A DNA stretch of 64,000 nt from an uncultured Planctomycetota bacterium (GCA_963752285.1 CAVVXN010000001.1:576001-640000); one strand, 5' to 3'; positions 43,375 to 53,394 are shown, counted from the stretch's first letter. Numbers and translations are program-made. Notes: generated by a model from the letters alone, not told the origin.

Positions 43375-45414
43375 ATGTGCGGGATCGCCGGGATCGTGGG
43401 ACCCGCCGCGCGCGCGCCGGGCGCGGCCGCGGTCCTCGCGGCGATGCTCGAGTCGCTCCGCCACCGCGGGCCCGACGACGTCCACCAGGTCCGCGCCGGG
43501 GACGCGCTCCTCGGCGCGCGCCGCCTGTCGATCGTGGACCTCGCGGGGGGCCGTCAGCCCTTCGCGTCGGAGCGGGGCGACGTGGTCGCGTGCCTGAACG
43601 GCGAGCTCTACGACCACGACGCCCTCCGCCGGGACCTCGAGGCGCGGGGGCACCGGTTCCGCACGCGCGCCGACACCGAGGTCCTCCTCCGCCTCTACCT
43701 CGAGGAGGGCGTCCGGGCCCTCGACCGGCTGGAGGGCATGTACGCGCTCGGCGTCTTCGACCAGCGCCAGGATCTCCTCCTCCTGGCCCGGGACCGGATG
43801 GGGGAGAAGCCGCTCTGCTACGCCTCCGACGGCCCGAGCCTTCGCTTCGCCTCGGAGTGGCGGGGCCTCGCCGCGGGACTCGACCGGCCTCTCGGCCTCG
43901 ACCCGGACGCGGTCGCGCTCTACCTCCAGCACCGGTTCGTGCCCTCGCCGCGGACGCTGGTGCGGGGCGTCTTCCGCCTCGCGCCCGGCGAGCGTCTCCT
44001 CTGGCGCGCGGGACGCGTGGACGTCCGTCGCTACTGGACCCTCCCCGCGCCGCCGCGCGCGCCGGGCCCGGGTCGGGCCGTTCCCGCCGACGCCGTGCGT
44101 CGCGTGCGCTCGCTCCTCGATCGCGCCGTCGAGAGTCGCCTCGGCGCCGACGTGCCGGTGGGGGTGTTCCTCTCGGGGGGCATCGACTCGGGCGCGCTCG
44201 CGGCGATCGCGGCGCGCCGGGGGCCGATCGAGACGTTCACGCTCCGACCCGAGGCGTCCGACTTCGACGAGGGCCGGGTCGCGGCGCGCGCGGCGCGGCG
44301 CGCGGGCGCGACGCACCACGAGGTGCGGGTCGGCGCGGCCGAGCTCGACCGGGCGTACGACGCGGTCTTCGACGCGATCGACGAGCCGATCGGCGACGCC
44401 TCGCTCGTCCCGACCTGGCTCCTCGCGAGGGCCGCGCGCCAGCACGTGAAGGTCGTCCTCTCGGGCGAGGGCGCGGACGAGCTCTTCGGCGGGTACCCGA
44501 CGTATCCCGGCGCGCGCCTCGCGCCCCGTCTCGCGCGGGGGCCGCTCCGTGCGACGCTCCGTCTCGCGCTTTGCGCGGCGGGGGGCGGCGCCTTCGGGAA
44601 CGTCGCGACGCCCTGGCTCGTCCGCCGGCTGCTCGAGGGCGCGCCGCTCGGCTGGCTCGAACGCCATCTCGCGTGGACGGGCGCGTTCTCGGCGGTCGAT
44701 CAGCACGCGCTCTGGCGCCCCGAGGCGCGTCCGGCGCTCGTCGGCGAGGACCTGCTGTCCGTGGCCGCCGAAGCCGCGCGTCCCGCCGTCGGGACCGGCG
44801 ACGTCGTGGACGCGCTCCTCCGCGTGGACCTCCGGCTCGCGCTCCCCGACGCGCTCCTCGCGAAGGTCGATCGCGCGACGATGCACGCGGGTCTCGAGGC
44901 GCGCGCGCCCTTCCTCGAGCGCCGGCTCGTCGAGACCGCCGCGGCGATGCCCGCGCGGTGGAAGGTCCGCGGCATCGCGACGAAGGTGGTGCTGAAGCGC
45001 GCGCTCGCGGGGCTCCTCCCGCGGGAGGCGCTCGCGCGGCGCAAGCGGGGCTTCCAGGTGCCCGTGTCGCGGGCGTTCGCGGCGGGCCTCGGCGACCGCC
45101 TGCGGGACCGCCTCGGGCCGCGCGGTCCCGCCGCGGACCTCTTCTCGGCCGACCTCCCGCTCCGCCTCCTCGACGCGCACCGTCGAGGCCGCGCGGACCA
45201 CGGCCGGCGCCTCTACGCGCTCCTCGCGCTGCTCGAGTGGATCGACCGCTGGCTCGCGCCGCCGCGGTGCCGCGCCGCTCCCCCCGCGCATCAGTCGGCG
45301 GCGCCGCTCCGCGCGCCGCGGCCCGGGGCGAGGGCGGCGCCGAGCCCGCCGATCACCGTCGTGAGCGCGAGGAGCACGGTGAGCACCGGGACGGGGCGGT
45401 CGCCCGCCGCGTAG
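43375..45414 (+). CDS. asnB: Asparagine synthase (glutamine-hydrolysing)-family amidotransferase
   Basis: MCGIAG N-terminal Cys, HRGPD, RLSIVD, NGELY, DTEV, FLSGGIDS, LSGEGADELFGGY, KVDRATM, KRGF. Confidence 0.93.
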   Translation: MCGIAGIVGPAARAPGAAAVLAAMLESLRHRGPDDVHQVRAGDALLGARRLSIVDLAGGRQPFASERGDVVACLNGELYDHDALRRDLEARGHRFRTRADTEVLLRLYLEEGVRALDRLEGMYALGVFDQRQDLLLLARDRMGEKPLCYASDGPSLRFASEWRGLAAGLDRPLGLDPDAVALYLQHRFVPSPRTLVRGVFRLAPGERLLWRAGRVDVRRYWTLPAPPRAPGPGRAVPADAVRRVRSLLDRAVESRLGADVPVGVFLSGGIDSGALAAIAARRGPIETFTLRPEASDFDEGRVAARAARRAGATHHEVRVGAAELDRAYDAVFDAIDEPIGDASLVPTWLLARAARQHVKVVLSGEGADELFGGYPTYPGARLAPRLARGPLRATLRLALCAAGGGAFGNVATPWLVRRLLEGAPLGWLERHLAWTGAFSAVDQHALWRPEARPALVGEDLLSVAAEAARPAVGTGDVVDALLRVDLRLALPDALLAKVDRATMHAGLEARAPFLERRLVETAAAMPARWKVRGIATKVVLKRALAGLLPREALARRKRGFQVPVSRAFAAGLGDRLRDRLGPRGPAADLFSADLPLRLLDAHRRGRADHGRRLYALLALLEWIDRWLAPPRCRAAPPAHQSAAPLRAPRPGARAAPSPPITVVSARSTVSTGTGRSPAA

Positions 45415-46466
45415 GACGCCTCGTCGCGAAACACGAGGAGCCGGTCCCACGCGGGCGACACCTCGTCCTGCCGCGCGAGGTCCACCCGGGTCACCGTGAC
45501 GTCGTCGCCGATCTCGACCCAGACGTAGTGATAGGCCTCGTCCGACTCCGGACGGGCGCCCGCGCCGCCCGTCGTGACCTGCCGGGTCCGGCCGTGCTGC
45601 TGCACGTCGAACCCGTGGTAGTGCGACGCGAAGACCTGGATCCCCTCCCGCTCGACGAGCGCACGAAGGCGTCGCGACGCGTCGTCCTCGGGCAGCGGCT
45701 TCTCGGGGTGCTCGTCCGGCTCGTAGAGCGGGTGGTGGAGGAAGAGGAGCACGTGCGCGACCGACGCGCGGCGCGCGCGCACGAGGCCTTCGAGGCGGTC
45801 CACGTCGCCCGGATCGAGCACGCCGCGCGACGAGTCGAGCCCGAGGTAGAGGACGCCCCGCCACGCGAACGACCACGACGGCGCGCCGAAGACCTTCGTG
45901 TACGGACCGAGCGTTCCGAACGGGTCGAGGTCGTGGTTGCCCGGCACGGTGAAGGCCGGCACGCCCGTCGCCGCGAGCTTGTCCGCGAGGATCTGGAACT
46001 GGTACGTCCGCGCCATACCCACGAGGTCGCCGAGCCCGATCGTCATGTCGGGACGGCGCCGCTCGACCTCGCAAAGCAGGCGGGCGAGCACGGTCATGCC
46101 CCCGCGGCAGTCGCCCCAGACGAGGAGGCGGGTCGGCGCGCCGCGTGGCCGGACGTCCGCGGGCGGCAGGCGTCCCGCGTCCGGCGGCGGGAGCGGTCGG
46201 GGCGCCGGGCCCGCCGCCCGGTGCTCGCCGCGGAGCGCATGGTGGAGCGCCATCGCCACCCCGAGACCCGCGGCGAGGCCGAGCCCGACGGCCAAGAGGG
46301 CGAGACGCCGGCGGGCGCACAAGACGAGGAACGCGCCGCTCGACGCGGCGAGGAGCGCCGCCACGACGAACCCGTCCTCCCCCTTCGCGAGGCCCCAGCC
46401 GGCGAGGCCGGTCCCGACCAGCGCGAGCGCGGCGCCGAAGGCGCGACGGGGGACGGCGGCGCTCAC
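45291..46466 (-). CDS. Membrane-anchored calcineurin-like metallophosphoesterase
   Basis: GDCR, GLGDLV, PGNHD, FLHHP, ASHYH motifs; N- and C-terminal TMs; GTG overlaps the upstream stop. Confidence 0.88.
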   Translation of the reverse strand: MSAAVPRRAFGAALALVGTGLAGWGLAKGEDGFVVAALLAASSGAFLVLCARRRLALLAVGLGLAAGLGVAMALHHALRGEHRAAGPAPRPLPPPDAGRLPPADVRPRGAPTRLLVWGDCRGGMTVLARLLCEVERRRPDMTIGLGDLVGMARTYQFQILADKLAATGVPAFTVPGNHDLDPFGTLGPYTKVFGAPSWSFAWRGVLYLGLDSSRGVLDPGDVDRLEGLVRARRASVAHVLLFLHHPLYEPDEHPEKPLPEDDASRRLRALVEREGIQVFASHYHGFDVQQHGRTRQVTTGGAGARPESDEAYHYVWVEIGDDVTVTRVDLARQDEVSPAWDRLLVFRDEASYAAGDRPVPVLTVLLALTTVIGGLGAALAPGRGARSGAAD

Positions 46467-48049
46467 GAGCGGTCGGCTCCCGCGGCGTTCGCGACGAGCA
46501 CGACCCACCGGTTCTTCTTCTGGAAGGACGGGTCCTGGTCGAGCACGGTCGCGACGCCCTCGAGATCCTTCACCTCGGGCTCGAACACGAGGGCATACCG
46601 CGCGCCGGGTCCCTCGAGGAACGACCGGACGTCGGCGCCCGTCGCGAGCGTGACCGTTCGACCGAGGTACCAGAGGTGGTCGGAGTGGCTCCCGAACACG
46701 CTCGACGCGAGGGGCACGGTGGCGGGCACGCGCCGCGCGACGCGTTCGAGGAACCGCCGCGCGCTCATCGCGTCGTTGAGCGCGGGCGCGCCGTGACCGA
46801 CCGCGAACGCGTCGAGGACCACCACGGCCGCGACGAGGACGGGGAACGCGCGCGCGGCCGCGCCGCGCCACGCCGAGATCGCGCCCCACGCCGCCGGCGC
46901 CGCGATCGCGAGCCCGACCAGCGCGGCGAAGGGCCACGTGGGCCAGCCGGGGAGCGTTTCGGCGAGCGCCGGCGAGATCAGGACGGCGCCGCCCGCGAGG
47001 AGCAGCACGACGCCCGATACGGCGAGCGCGCGGCCCGCGACCGCGGGCGCCTCGGCGAGCGCGCGGTCCAGCCACGCGCCGGCGAGCACGGCGCCCATCG
47101 GGAAGATCGGGATGAGGTAGTGGGTCTGCTTCGCGTGCACGGCCGACATCACGAGGAAGGTCGTGACGAACGCCACGGCGGGGAGGCGCAGCCGACGCGT
47201 CGCGACGGGGTCCCGGCCGGCGCGGAACGCGAACACGAGCCCCAGCACGACGAGCGGCGTCCAGGGGAGGGCGTTCAGCGGGTACTGCCAGAGGTAGTAG
47301 AACGGATCGCGCAGGTGTCCGACGTTGTCGCCGCGGGCGTACGACACGAAGGTGTCGAGGGCGGCACGGTCCCGGAGCACGACGGCGAGGTACCAGGGGA
47401 GCCCGACGGCGGCGACGAAAGGGAGCGTTCCGAGGAAGGCCGGCCGGAGGAGCGCACGCCCCCGGCCGGTTGCGACGGCGTAGGCGACCGCGCCGGGCAG
47501 CACGAGCAGGAGGGCCACGGGGCCCTTCACCGCGAACGCGAACCCGAGCGCCGCGGCGAAGAGCGCGAACGCGCGCGCGCGCTTCGCCCCGCCCTCGGCG
47601 TCGAGCGCCTGCCCGAAGGCGAGATACGCGCCCACGACGCCGAGCGCGAGGAGCGTCTCGAGCTCGGCGAGCCGCGCCTGCCAGAGGAACCGGGCCTGGG
47701 TCAGGAGCAGCAGGACCGCGAAGAGGCCCGCCCGCCGGCCCCGGACGCGCGAGGCGAGGTGAAACGTCACGATCAGGATCCCGAGCGTCGCCAGGACGCT
47801 CGGGAGGCGGGCGGCCCACTCGGTCTCCCCGCCGGTCACGGCGAACGAGGCGGCGACGAGCCACGCGTAGAGCGGCGGCTTCGTGAGGTCCACGTCGCCG
47901 TTCGTGTACTGCACCAGGAAGTCGCCCTGCTGGCGCATCTCCCGCGCGCTCTCGGGCGGGCGTCCCTCGCTCGCGTCCCAGAGGTCCTTCGACCCGAGGT
48001 GGTACACGAGGAGGAAGAGCGCGACGGCGAGGAGCAGTCCGGCCCGCAA
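46463..48049 (-). CDS. ArnT/PMT-family (GT-C) lipid-linked sugar transferase
   Basis: LWDASEGR...SAREM, TKPPLYAW, EWAARLPS, KGPV, PWY, LPW, KQTHYLIP; TTG start after GGGAGG (start uncertain). Confidence 0.88.
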   Translation of the reverse strand: MRAGLLLAVALFLLVYHLGSKDLWDASEGRPPESAREMRQQGDFLVQYTNGDVDLTKPPLYAWLVAASFAVTGGETEWAARLPSVLATLGILIVTFHLASRVRGRRAGLFAVLLLLTQARFLWQARLAELETLLALGVVGAYLAFGQALDAEGGAKRARAFALFAAALGFAFAVKGPVALLLVLPGAVAYAVATGRGRALLRPAFLGTLPFVAAVGLPWYLAVVLRDRAALDTFVSYARGDNVGHLRDPFYYLWQYPLNALPWTPLVVLGLVFAFRAGRDPVATRRLRLPAVAFVTTFLVMSAVHAKQTHYLIPIFPMGAVLAGAWLDRALAEAPAVAGRALAVSGVVLLLAGGAVLISPALAETLPGWPTWPFAALVGLAIAAPAAWGAISAWRGAAARAFPVLVAAVVVLDAFAVGHGAPALNDAMSARRFLERVARRVPATVPLASSVFGSHSDHLWYLGRTVTLATGADVRSFLEGPGARYALVFEPEVKDLEGVATVLDQDPSFQKKNRWVVLVANAAGADRS

Positions 48050-48259
48050 GGTCCCTCCCGGGACGCGCGGCCGGCGTGCGGCCCCGCGGGGGCCACACGA
48101 TACCGGCGCGCGTCCGGGACGTGCCGACTGCTTCGTGGCCGCCCGCATCGACCGGACCAACCCCGCCGGAGGGGCGCCCGTTCCCCCTGGCAACCGGCAG
48201 CGCGGCCCGGGCGCCGCGACGCGGCTTCGCCGCGGGGCGACGGGGCGTGCGACCCTCCC

Positions 48260-48595
48260 TCAGACGGGGGCGGTCGCGCACGCCCGGCAGAGCAGGGACT
48301 CCGGCTTCACCTCGAGTCGCTCCGCTCCGATGGGGGCGTTGCACGTGGCGCAGAGCCCGTACGTACCCTGGACCATCCTCCGGAGCGCCTCCTGCACCTG
48401 CTGGCGTTCACAGGCGAGGTGGAGGATCTCCTGCGTGACCGCCTTCGCCGCGAGCCGCTGGGGCGCCCGCGGGCGTACGAAGGGGCCGGGAGGGTCGTCG
48501 TCCAGGTCGCGCTCGACCAGCATCAGTCTCCGGTCGAGCGCGCCCCAGAGCTCGAGCAGCGCCGCGCGGTGCACCTGAAGTCGCCCTGCGTCCAT
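48260..48595 (-). CDS. TraR/DksA C4 zinc-finger protein, degenerate coiled-coil tip
   Basis: ALRRMVQGTYGLCATC..IGAERLEVKPESLLCRAC. Confidence 0.85.
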   Translation of the reverse strand: MDAGRLQVHRAALLELWGALDRRLMLVERDLDDDPPGPFVRPRAPQRLAAKAVTQEILHLACERQQVQEALRRMVQGTYGLCATCNAPIGAERLEVKPESLLCRACATAPV

Positions 48596-48890
48596 CCGTC
48601 AGACGCTCCCTGCCACCGAGTCCCGGCCGTGCCGGGCATCCCTGTCTCGCCGCGCCGGACCCGGCGGGATGCGACGTCGGATCAAATCGCGTTCCGCGAA
48701 GATTGTCGATTTGTGAATCGCGCCCGACTCGCGCCCGGGGGGCGACGTTCACCCCGCAGGACGTCTCGGGCGGCATTCCGTGCCGGCATCTTTGCGCAAC
48801 CTGCAGAAACGCCGGCAATTCCGGCAGACGACGCGACGGCTGAGACCGTTCACCTGCCGAACATCGCACTGCGTGCCTCCCGAGCGGCCG

Positions 48891-49283
48891 TCACGTCAGC
48901 GGGCTCTGCAGCACCACCGTCCCGGCGGCGTCCCGGAGGACGATGGGCAGGAAGGCGGTCTGGTCGCCCGACAGCTCGAAGTCCGCCTCCCCCTTGCGGG
49001 ACTTCGCGACGGTGAGCGTCCCCGCGCGACGCTCGCCGGCCGGGGCCGAGGTCGTGAGGAACACCGCGTACGAGCCGGCCGCGAGCTCCTGGACGTCCAC
49101 GTGGAGGCGCGTCTCGTCCTCCTTCCCGACGTACTCGAGGCTCGCGTGGCCCGACGCCTTCGAGCTCTCCTTGGGCGGGGGCGCGAGGTCGATCGTCCTC
49201 TCATTGGCCGACGCCGCGGCCGCGCCGAGGATCGGCCCGGCTGCCAGCGCGAGGAGGAGGGGTATCGCCGCGTGTCGTGTCAT
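48891..49283 (-). CDS. Small secreted beta-rich protein of unknown function
   Basis: Signal peptide MTRHAAIPLLLALAAG..ASA; ATG overlaps the DksA stop; GGGAG RBS. Confidence 0.7.
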   Translation of the reverse strand: MTRHAAIPLLLALAAGPILGAAAASANERTIDLAPPPKESSKASGHASLEYVGKEDETRLHVDVQELAAGSYAVFLTTSAPAGERRAGTLTVAKSRKGEADFELSGDQTAFLPIVLRDAAGTVVLQSPLT

Positions 49284-49657
49284 GTCGAGCTCCCTTGCTC
49301 TCGCCACTCGGATTCCTGCGCGCACTCGATGCAGAGCAGGGCTTCGGGCTTGGCTTCGAGGCGTCCGGCGGCGATGTCCTCTCCGCATCGCGCGCAGAGA
49401 CCGTAGGTACCGTCCTGGATGCGCCGCAGGGCTTCCTCTACCTGCTCCCGTTCGGTGCCGAGGTGTCGGAGCTCCTCGGCCAGCGCCTCGGCGCCCTCCT
49501 CGTCCGCATCGCCGAGGCGCATCGGCACGCGCGACGGCCTCGCGGACCGACGGCGGTCGACGAAGTCGCGCTCCACCTGCGCGAGGCGCCGCGACAGGGC
49601 CCGCGCGAGGTCGCTCAGGGCCGTCCGGCGCTCTTCCAGTCGTTTCGCGTCCATCAT
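49280..49657 (-). CDS. TraR/DksA C4 zinc-finger protein
   Basis: ALRRIQDGTYGLCARCGEDIAAGRLEAKPEALLCIEC; GAGG RBS. Confidence 0.88.
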   Translation of the reverse strand: MMDAKRLEERRTALSDLARALSRRLAQVERDFVDRRRSARPSRVPMRLGDADEEGAEALAEELRHLGTEREQVEEALRRIQDGTYGLCARCGEDIAAGRLEAKPEALLCIECAQESEWREQGSST

Positions 49658-49947
49658 GGCGTTCGCGTCCTCGGGGGCGACCTGCCGGGGGTCGTCCGTC
49701 CCGGTTCCGACGATCAAACGGCGTTCCTTTCGCAGGCAGGATTCGGCCGGTCCGCGGCGTGGGCGCGGCCCACGGCCTCTCCGGCGGGGTCCGTCCGGCC
49801 CGGCCCGGCCCGGCTCGGCCCGACACGGCTCGGGAGGGGCCGGGCGCTTCCCCCTCGCCGGCCTCCCGACGTCGGGTGGACGTGCGCACCCCGCGTGGCG
49901 TTTCGAGACGGCGGAGCTCGACGCGATCTCCACCCGCTCTCGTCCGC

Positions 49948-50148
49948 GCGACCGCGGACTACGTCTCCCCGCGCGTCCACGCACCCGGCGGCCCCGACCG
50001 CCCGTATCCGCGCGAGCGTTCGACGCGTCGTGCGGAACGCATCCGCCCGTGGGTGGCCGAGGGCCGTGACGTGTACGCGCGCTTCGACGACGACGGTCAC
50101 GTGCACGCCGTCCGCGACGCCGCGCGCCAGGCGAGCCACGTCGCGTAG
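49948..50148 (+). pseudogene. Degraded C-terminal remnant of a DUF72 (YecE-like) gene
   Basis: TADYVSPRVH...Y...AERIRPWVAEGRDVYARFDDD...AVRDA resembles the DUF72 tail (TADFVYxRLHG...DVYVYFDND..A..NA); no N-terminal part or start. Confidence 0.6.
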
Positions 50149-50205
50149 CGCCTGGCTGGAGGGCGAGGTATCGTCCCCGCGTCCATCACACGGAGGGTCG
50201 GGACG

Positions 50206-50586
50206 ATGGCGGGCCTCAAGAGCTTCTCGGAGACCGAGGGCGGCGCGAACTACGTCGTGTCCGAGGGGGACGCGACGAAGGTGGGCCAGGCGGTGGGCCT
50301 GTTGTTCGGCGGCGAGGGGTACTCGCTCGAGGAGGGAACGGCGACCTCCGGCGTATACGGCAAGGGAAGCAAGGTCGGCCGTGCGCTCCTCGGCGCGTTC
50401 GTCCGACGCTACAAGTTCCGCGTGACCATCGCGCCGCAGGCGCCGGGATCCCTCGTCACCTTGCAGAAGGCGATGAGCGGCTGGGGGGGTGGCGCGATCG
50501 CCGCCGCGGGCATGAAGTCGGAGCTCCGGCGCATGATCACGCTGCTCCACGACCGCCTCGACGCCGCGACGCCCTCGGCGACGTAG
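50206..50586 (+). CDS. Small hypothetical protein
   Basis: GGAGG RBS, TATCGT -10 upstream, GC3-rich codon usage. Confidence 0.7.
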   Translation: MAGLKSFSETEGGANYVVSEGDATKVGQAVGLLFGGEGYSLEEGTATSGVYGKGSKVGRALLGAFVRRYKFRVTIAPQAPGSLVTLQKAMSGWGGGAIAAAGMKSELRRMITLLHDRLDAATPSAT

Positions 50587-50649
50587 CCGGGTCCGTCGCG
50601 ACCGACCGCGCTTCGCGCCCGCGTGGCGGAGGGGAATCCTGGCCCCCGG

Positions 50650-53394
50650 CTACCCCGTGTTCTGCATGCCACGGGCGATGCCCCGCACGGTCGCGAAGAG
50701 CGCGCGCTCGAGGTCGGGGTCCTGCCGGTCCGCCGCGCGCCAGCGCGCGAGCAGGTCCACCTGGAGGAAGCTCATCGGGTCCACGTACGGGTTCCGGAGC
50801 GCGATGGCGCGGCGGAGCACGGGGTCGTGCTCCAGGAGGCGGTCGGCCTCGAGGACCTCGAGGAGGCGGGCGCACGCCCGCTCGTGCTCGGCCGCGATCC
50901 TCGGGAACAGGCGCTTCCCGGCGTCGCCCGCGAGGGACGCGTAGCGGCGGGCGATGTCGAGGTCGGTCTTCGCGAGGACCATCTCGAGGTCCGCGAGGAG
51001 CGTCGAGAAGAACGTCGAGCGCCGCGCGACGGCCCGCACGGCCCCGAGCCCGTGCGCGTGGATCGTCTCGTCGAGGGCCGCGCCCGCGCCCCACCAACCC
51101 GGGAGCAGGTGCCGGCTCTGGGTCCAGGCGAACACCCACGGGATCGCGCGCAGGTCCGCGACGCCGCGCATCTCCCGCCGGCGGGCCGGCCGGGACCCGA
51201 GCGCGAGGCGTTCGATCACGTCGATCGGCGTGGCGGCGCGAAAGTAGGGGAGCGCGTCGGCGTCGCGCTCGAAGAGCGCCCGGTACGCCTCGCGTCCGTC
51301 GCGCGCGAGGTCGTCGAGGATCTCCGCCCCCGGCTCCGCCGCGAGGGGCCGGCCGGCGTCGAGCACCGATCGCTCGATCGTCGCCGCGAGGAGGAGCTCG
51401 AGGGTGCGTTCCGCGACGCCCGGAAGGCCGTACTTCGCGCGGACGATCTCGCCCTGCTCGGTCACGCGCAGGTGGCCGCCGAGCGTCCCCGCCGGCGTCG
51501 CGAGGATCGCCGGGCGCGGCTTCGTCCCACCCCGCCCGATCGATCCGCCCCGACCGTGGAAGAAGCAGAGGCGCACCCCCGCGTCCGAGGCGACGCGCGC
51601 AAGCGCCTCCTGCGCGCGCTGCAGGGCGACCCGCGACGAGAACATGCCCGAGGTCTTGTTGCTGTCGGAGTAACCGATCATGACCCACTGGACGTCCCCG
51701 CGCCCGACGAGGTGCGCGCGCCAGACGGGCTCCTCGAGCAGCGACCGGAGCACCTCGGGCGCGCGGCCGAGGTCGTCCACCGTCTCGAAGAGCGGGGCGA
51801 CGTCGAGCGGCACGCGCCCGTGCGCGTCCACGAGCCCCGCGGTGCGCGCGAGCAGGAGCACGGCCAGGGCGTCGTCCGGCCCCTCGGCCATCGAGATCAC
51901 GAAGAGACCGACGGCCCGGGCGCCGTGACGCGTGCGCGCCTCGCCGAGCGCGCGGAAGACCTCGACCGCGCGGCGCGCCTCGTCGTCCGCCGGGAGCACG
52001 GTCGGAGGCGCATTTGCGAGCGCCTCCGCGACGCGCCGCGCGCGCTCCGCGCGGGAGAGCTCCGGGAAGCCGGCCTCGCCGAGGAGCGCCCCGACCGCGC
52101 GGCGGTGGACGAGCGCGTCCTGGCGCGCGTCGAGCGTGGCGAGGTGGAACCCGAAGCTCCGCACGAGCTCCCGCAGCCGCTCGACCCGCTCCGCCCCGGC
52201 GTGTCGGCCTCCGTGCGCAAAGAGACTCGCCGTGACGAGCGCGAGGTCGTCCGAGAGCTCGTCGGGCGCGTCGTACGCTCCGTGCCCACCTTCGCGCGTC
52301 GCCTCGAGTCGCGCCGAGACCAGCCACAGGAGTCGGCGATAGGGCATCTCGGCGTACCGGGACGGAATCTCCTTCGCCGCGTCGGGAAGGAGGCGGGCGT
52401 ACGATGCGGTCCGATCGACGAGCGCGCGGTCCACTCCGACGCGCGTGCTCGACTGCGAGAGATGACGGAAGAGGCCCCGGACCTCGGAGACGTAGCGGTC
52501 GAGGCAGAGCGAGCGCTGTCGCGCGAGCGCCGCGCGGATCGTGTCCGGGCCGACGGCGGGGTTCCCGTCCATGTCGCCGCCGACCCACGTCCCGAAGCGG
52601 ATCTCGGGACGGGCCGCGAGCGCCGCGTGCTCGGGGCCGAAGGCCCTCGCGAGCCCGAGCGCGAGCGCCTTGCGCACGGCGGGCACCGCGCGCCACGGGC
52701 CCTCGACCAGGAAGAAGAGCGCCTCCTCGACCTCGTCCGCGACGGACGGACGCCTGGCGCGGTGCTCCTCGGTCTGCCACGCCGCCGTGAGCTCCTCGCG
52801 GACGTGCGCGAGCGCGCGTCGTGTCTCCCGGGCGCGGTCCTCCTTCGTCGCGCCGCGCACCTCGCACCGGCCGAGCAGGGCGCGTGCCATGCGGAGCTCC
52901 TTCACGAGGAGCGTCCTCCGCACGGCCTCGCTCGGGTGCGCGGTCAGGACCGGTTCGACGACCACGGAGCCCAGCGCCGCGGCCACCTGGTCGGCCGTGA
53001 ACCCGCGATCGCGGAGCTGCGTCAGGACCGCCTCCGCGCCGCCGCGCGCCGGCCGGCCCTCGACACGCCGCGCCGCGAGGCGACGGAGCCGGTGCACGCG
53101 CTCGGCGAGGTTCACGCACTCGAACCACGCCGAGAAGGCGCGCGCGAGGTCGAGCGCCCGGGGCGGCGCGATGGCGTGGAGACGCGCGACGAGCGCCGAC
53201 TCCGCGCCGTCCTCGCCGCGGCGCCTCGCGATCGCGGCGCCTCGGACGGCCTCGACGCTCTCGTAGAGCCCTTCCGGCCCCTGCTCGCGCAGGACCGACC
53301 CGAGCAACGCGCCCAACCGCCGCACGTCGTCCCGCAGGGCCCGATCCGTTCGTCGCCTCCGTCTCGGTCGGTTCGCGTCATGCGTCGCCGTCAT
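50650..53394 (-). CDS. ppc: Phosphoenolpyruvate carboxylase
   Basis: VLTAHPSE, WVGGDMDGNP, PLFET, MIGYSDSNK, FHGRGGSIGRGG, TEQGE, LRAIPWVFAWTQ, RNPYVDP, GMQNTG. Confidence 0.97.
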   Translation of the reverse strand: MTATHDANRPRRRRRTDRALRDDVRRLGALLGSVLREQGPEGLYESVEAVRGAAIARRRGEDGAESALVARLHAIAPPRALDLARAFSAWFECVNLAERVHRLRRLAARRVEGRPARGGAEAVLTQLRDRGFTADQVAAALGSVVVEPVLTAHPSEAVRRTLLVKELRMARALLGRCEVRGATKEDRARETRRALAHVREELTAAWQTEEHRARRPSVADEVEEALFFLVEGPWRAVPAVRKALALGLARAFGPEHAALAARPEIRFGTWVGGDMDGNPAVGPDTIRAALARQRSLCLDRYVSEVRGLFRHLSQSSTRVGVDRALVDRTASYARLLPDAAKEIPSRYAEMPYRRLLWLVSARLEATREGGHGAYDAPDELSDDLALVTASLFAHGGRHAGAERVERLRELVRSFGFHLATLDARQDALVHRRAVGALLGEAGFPELSRAERARRVAEALANAPPTVLPADDEARRAVEVFRALGEARTRHGARAVGLFVISMAEGPDDALAVLLLARTAGLVDAHGRVPLDVAPLFETVDDLGRAPEVLRSLLEEPVWRAHLVGRGDVQWVMIGYSDSNKTSGMFSSRVALQRAQEALARVASDAGVRLCFFHGRGGSIGRGGTKPRPAILATPAGTLGGHLRVTEQGEIVRAKYGLPGVAERTLELLLAATIERSVLDAGRPLAAEPGAEILDDLARDGREAYRALFERDADALPYFRAATPIDVIERLALGSRPARRREMRGVADLRAIPWVFAWTQSRHLLPGWWGAGAALDETIHAHGLGAVRAVARRSTFFSTLLADLEMVLAKTDLDIARRYASLAGDAGKRLFPRIAAEHERACARLLEVLEADRLLEHDPVLRRAIALRNPYVDPMSFLQVDLLARWRAADRQDPDLERALFATVRGIARGMQNTG

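Noticed and set aside
43375..45414. Lasso peptide cyclase or RiPP cluster
   Set aside because: Intact N-terminal Cys glutaminase domain, and no B1/B2 proteins or precursor peptide nearby.
48600..48890. Sigma54, FNR or riboswitch element in the lower-GC spacer between the DksA genes
   Set aside because: No correctly spaced GG-N10-GC or TTGAT-N4-ATCAA found, and no RNA family recognised; an Infernal/Rfam search would be needed.
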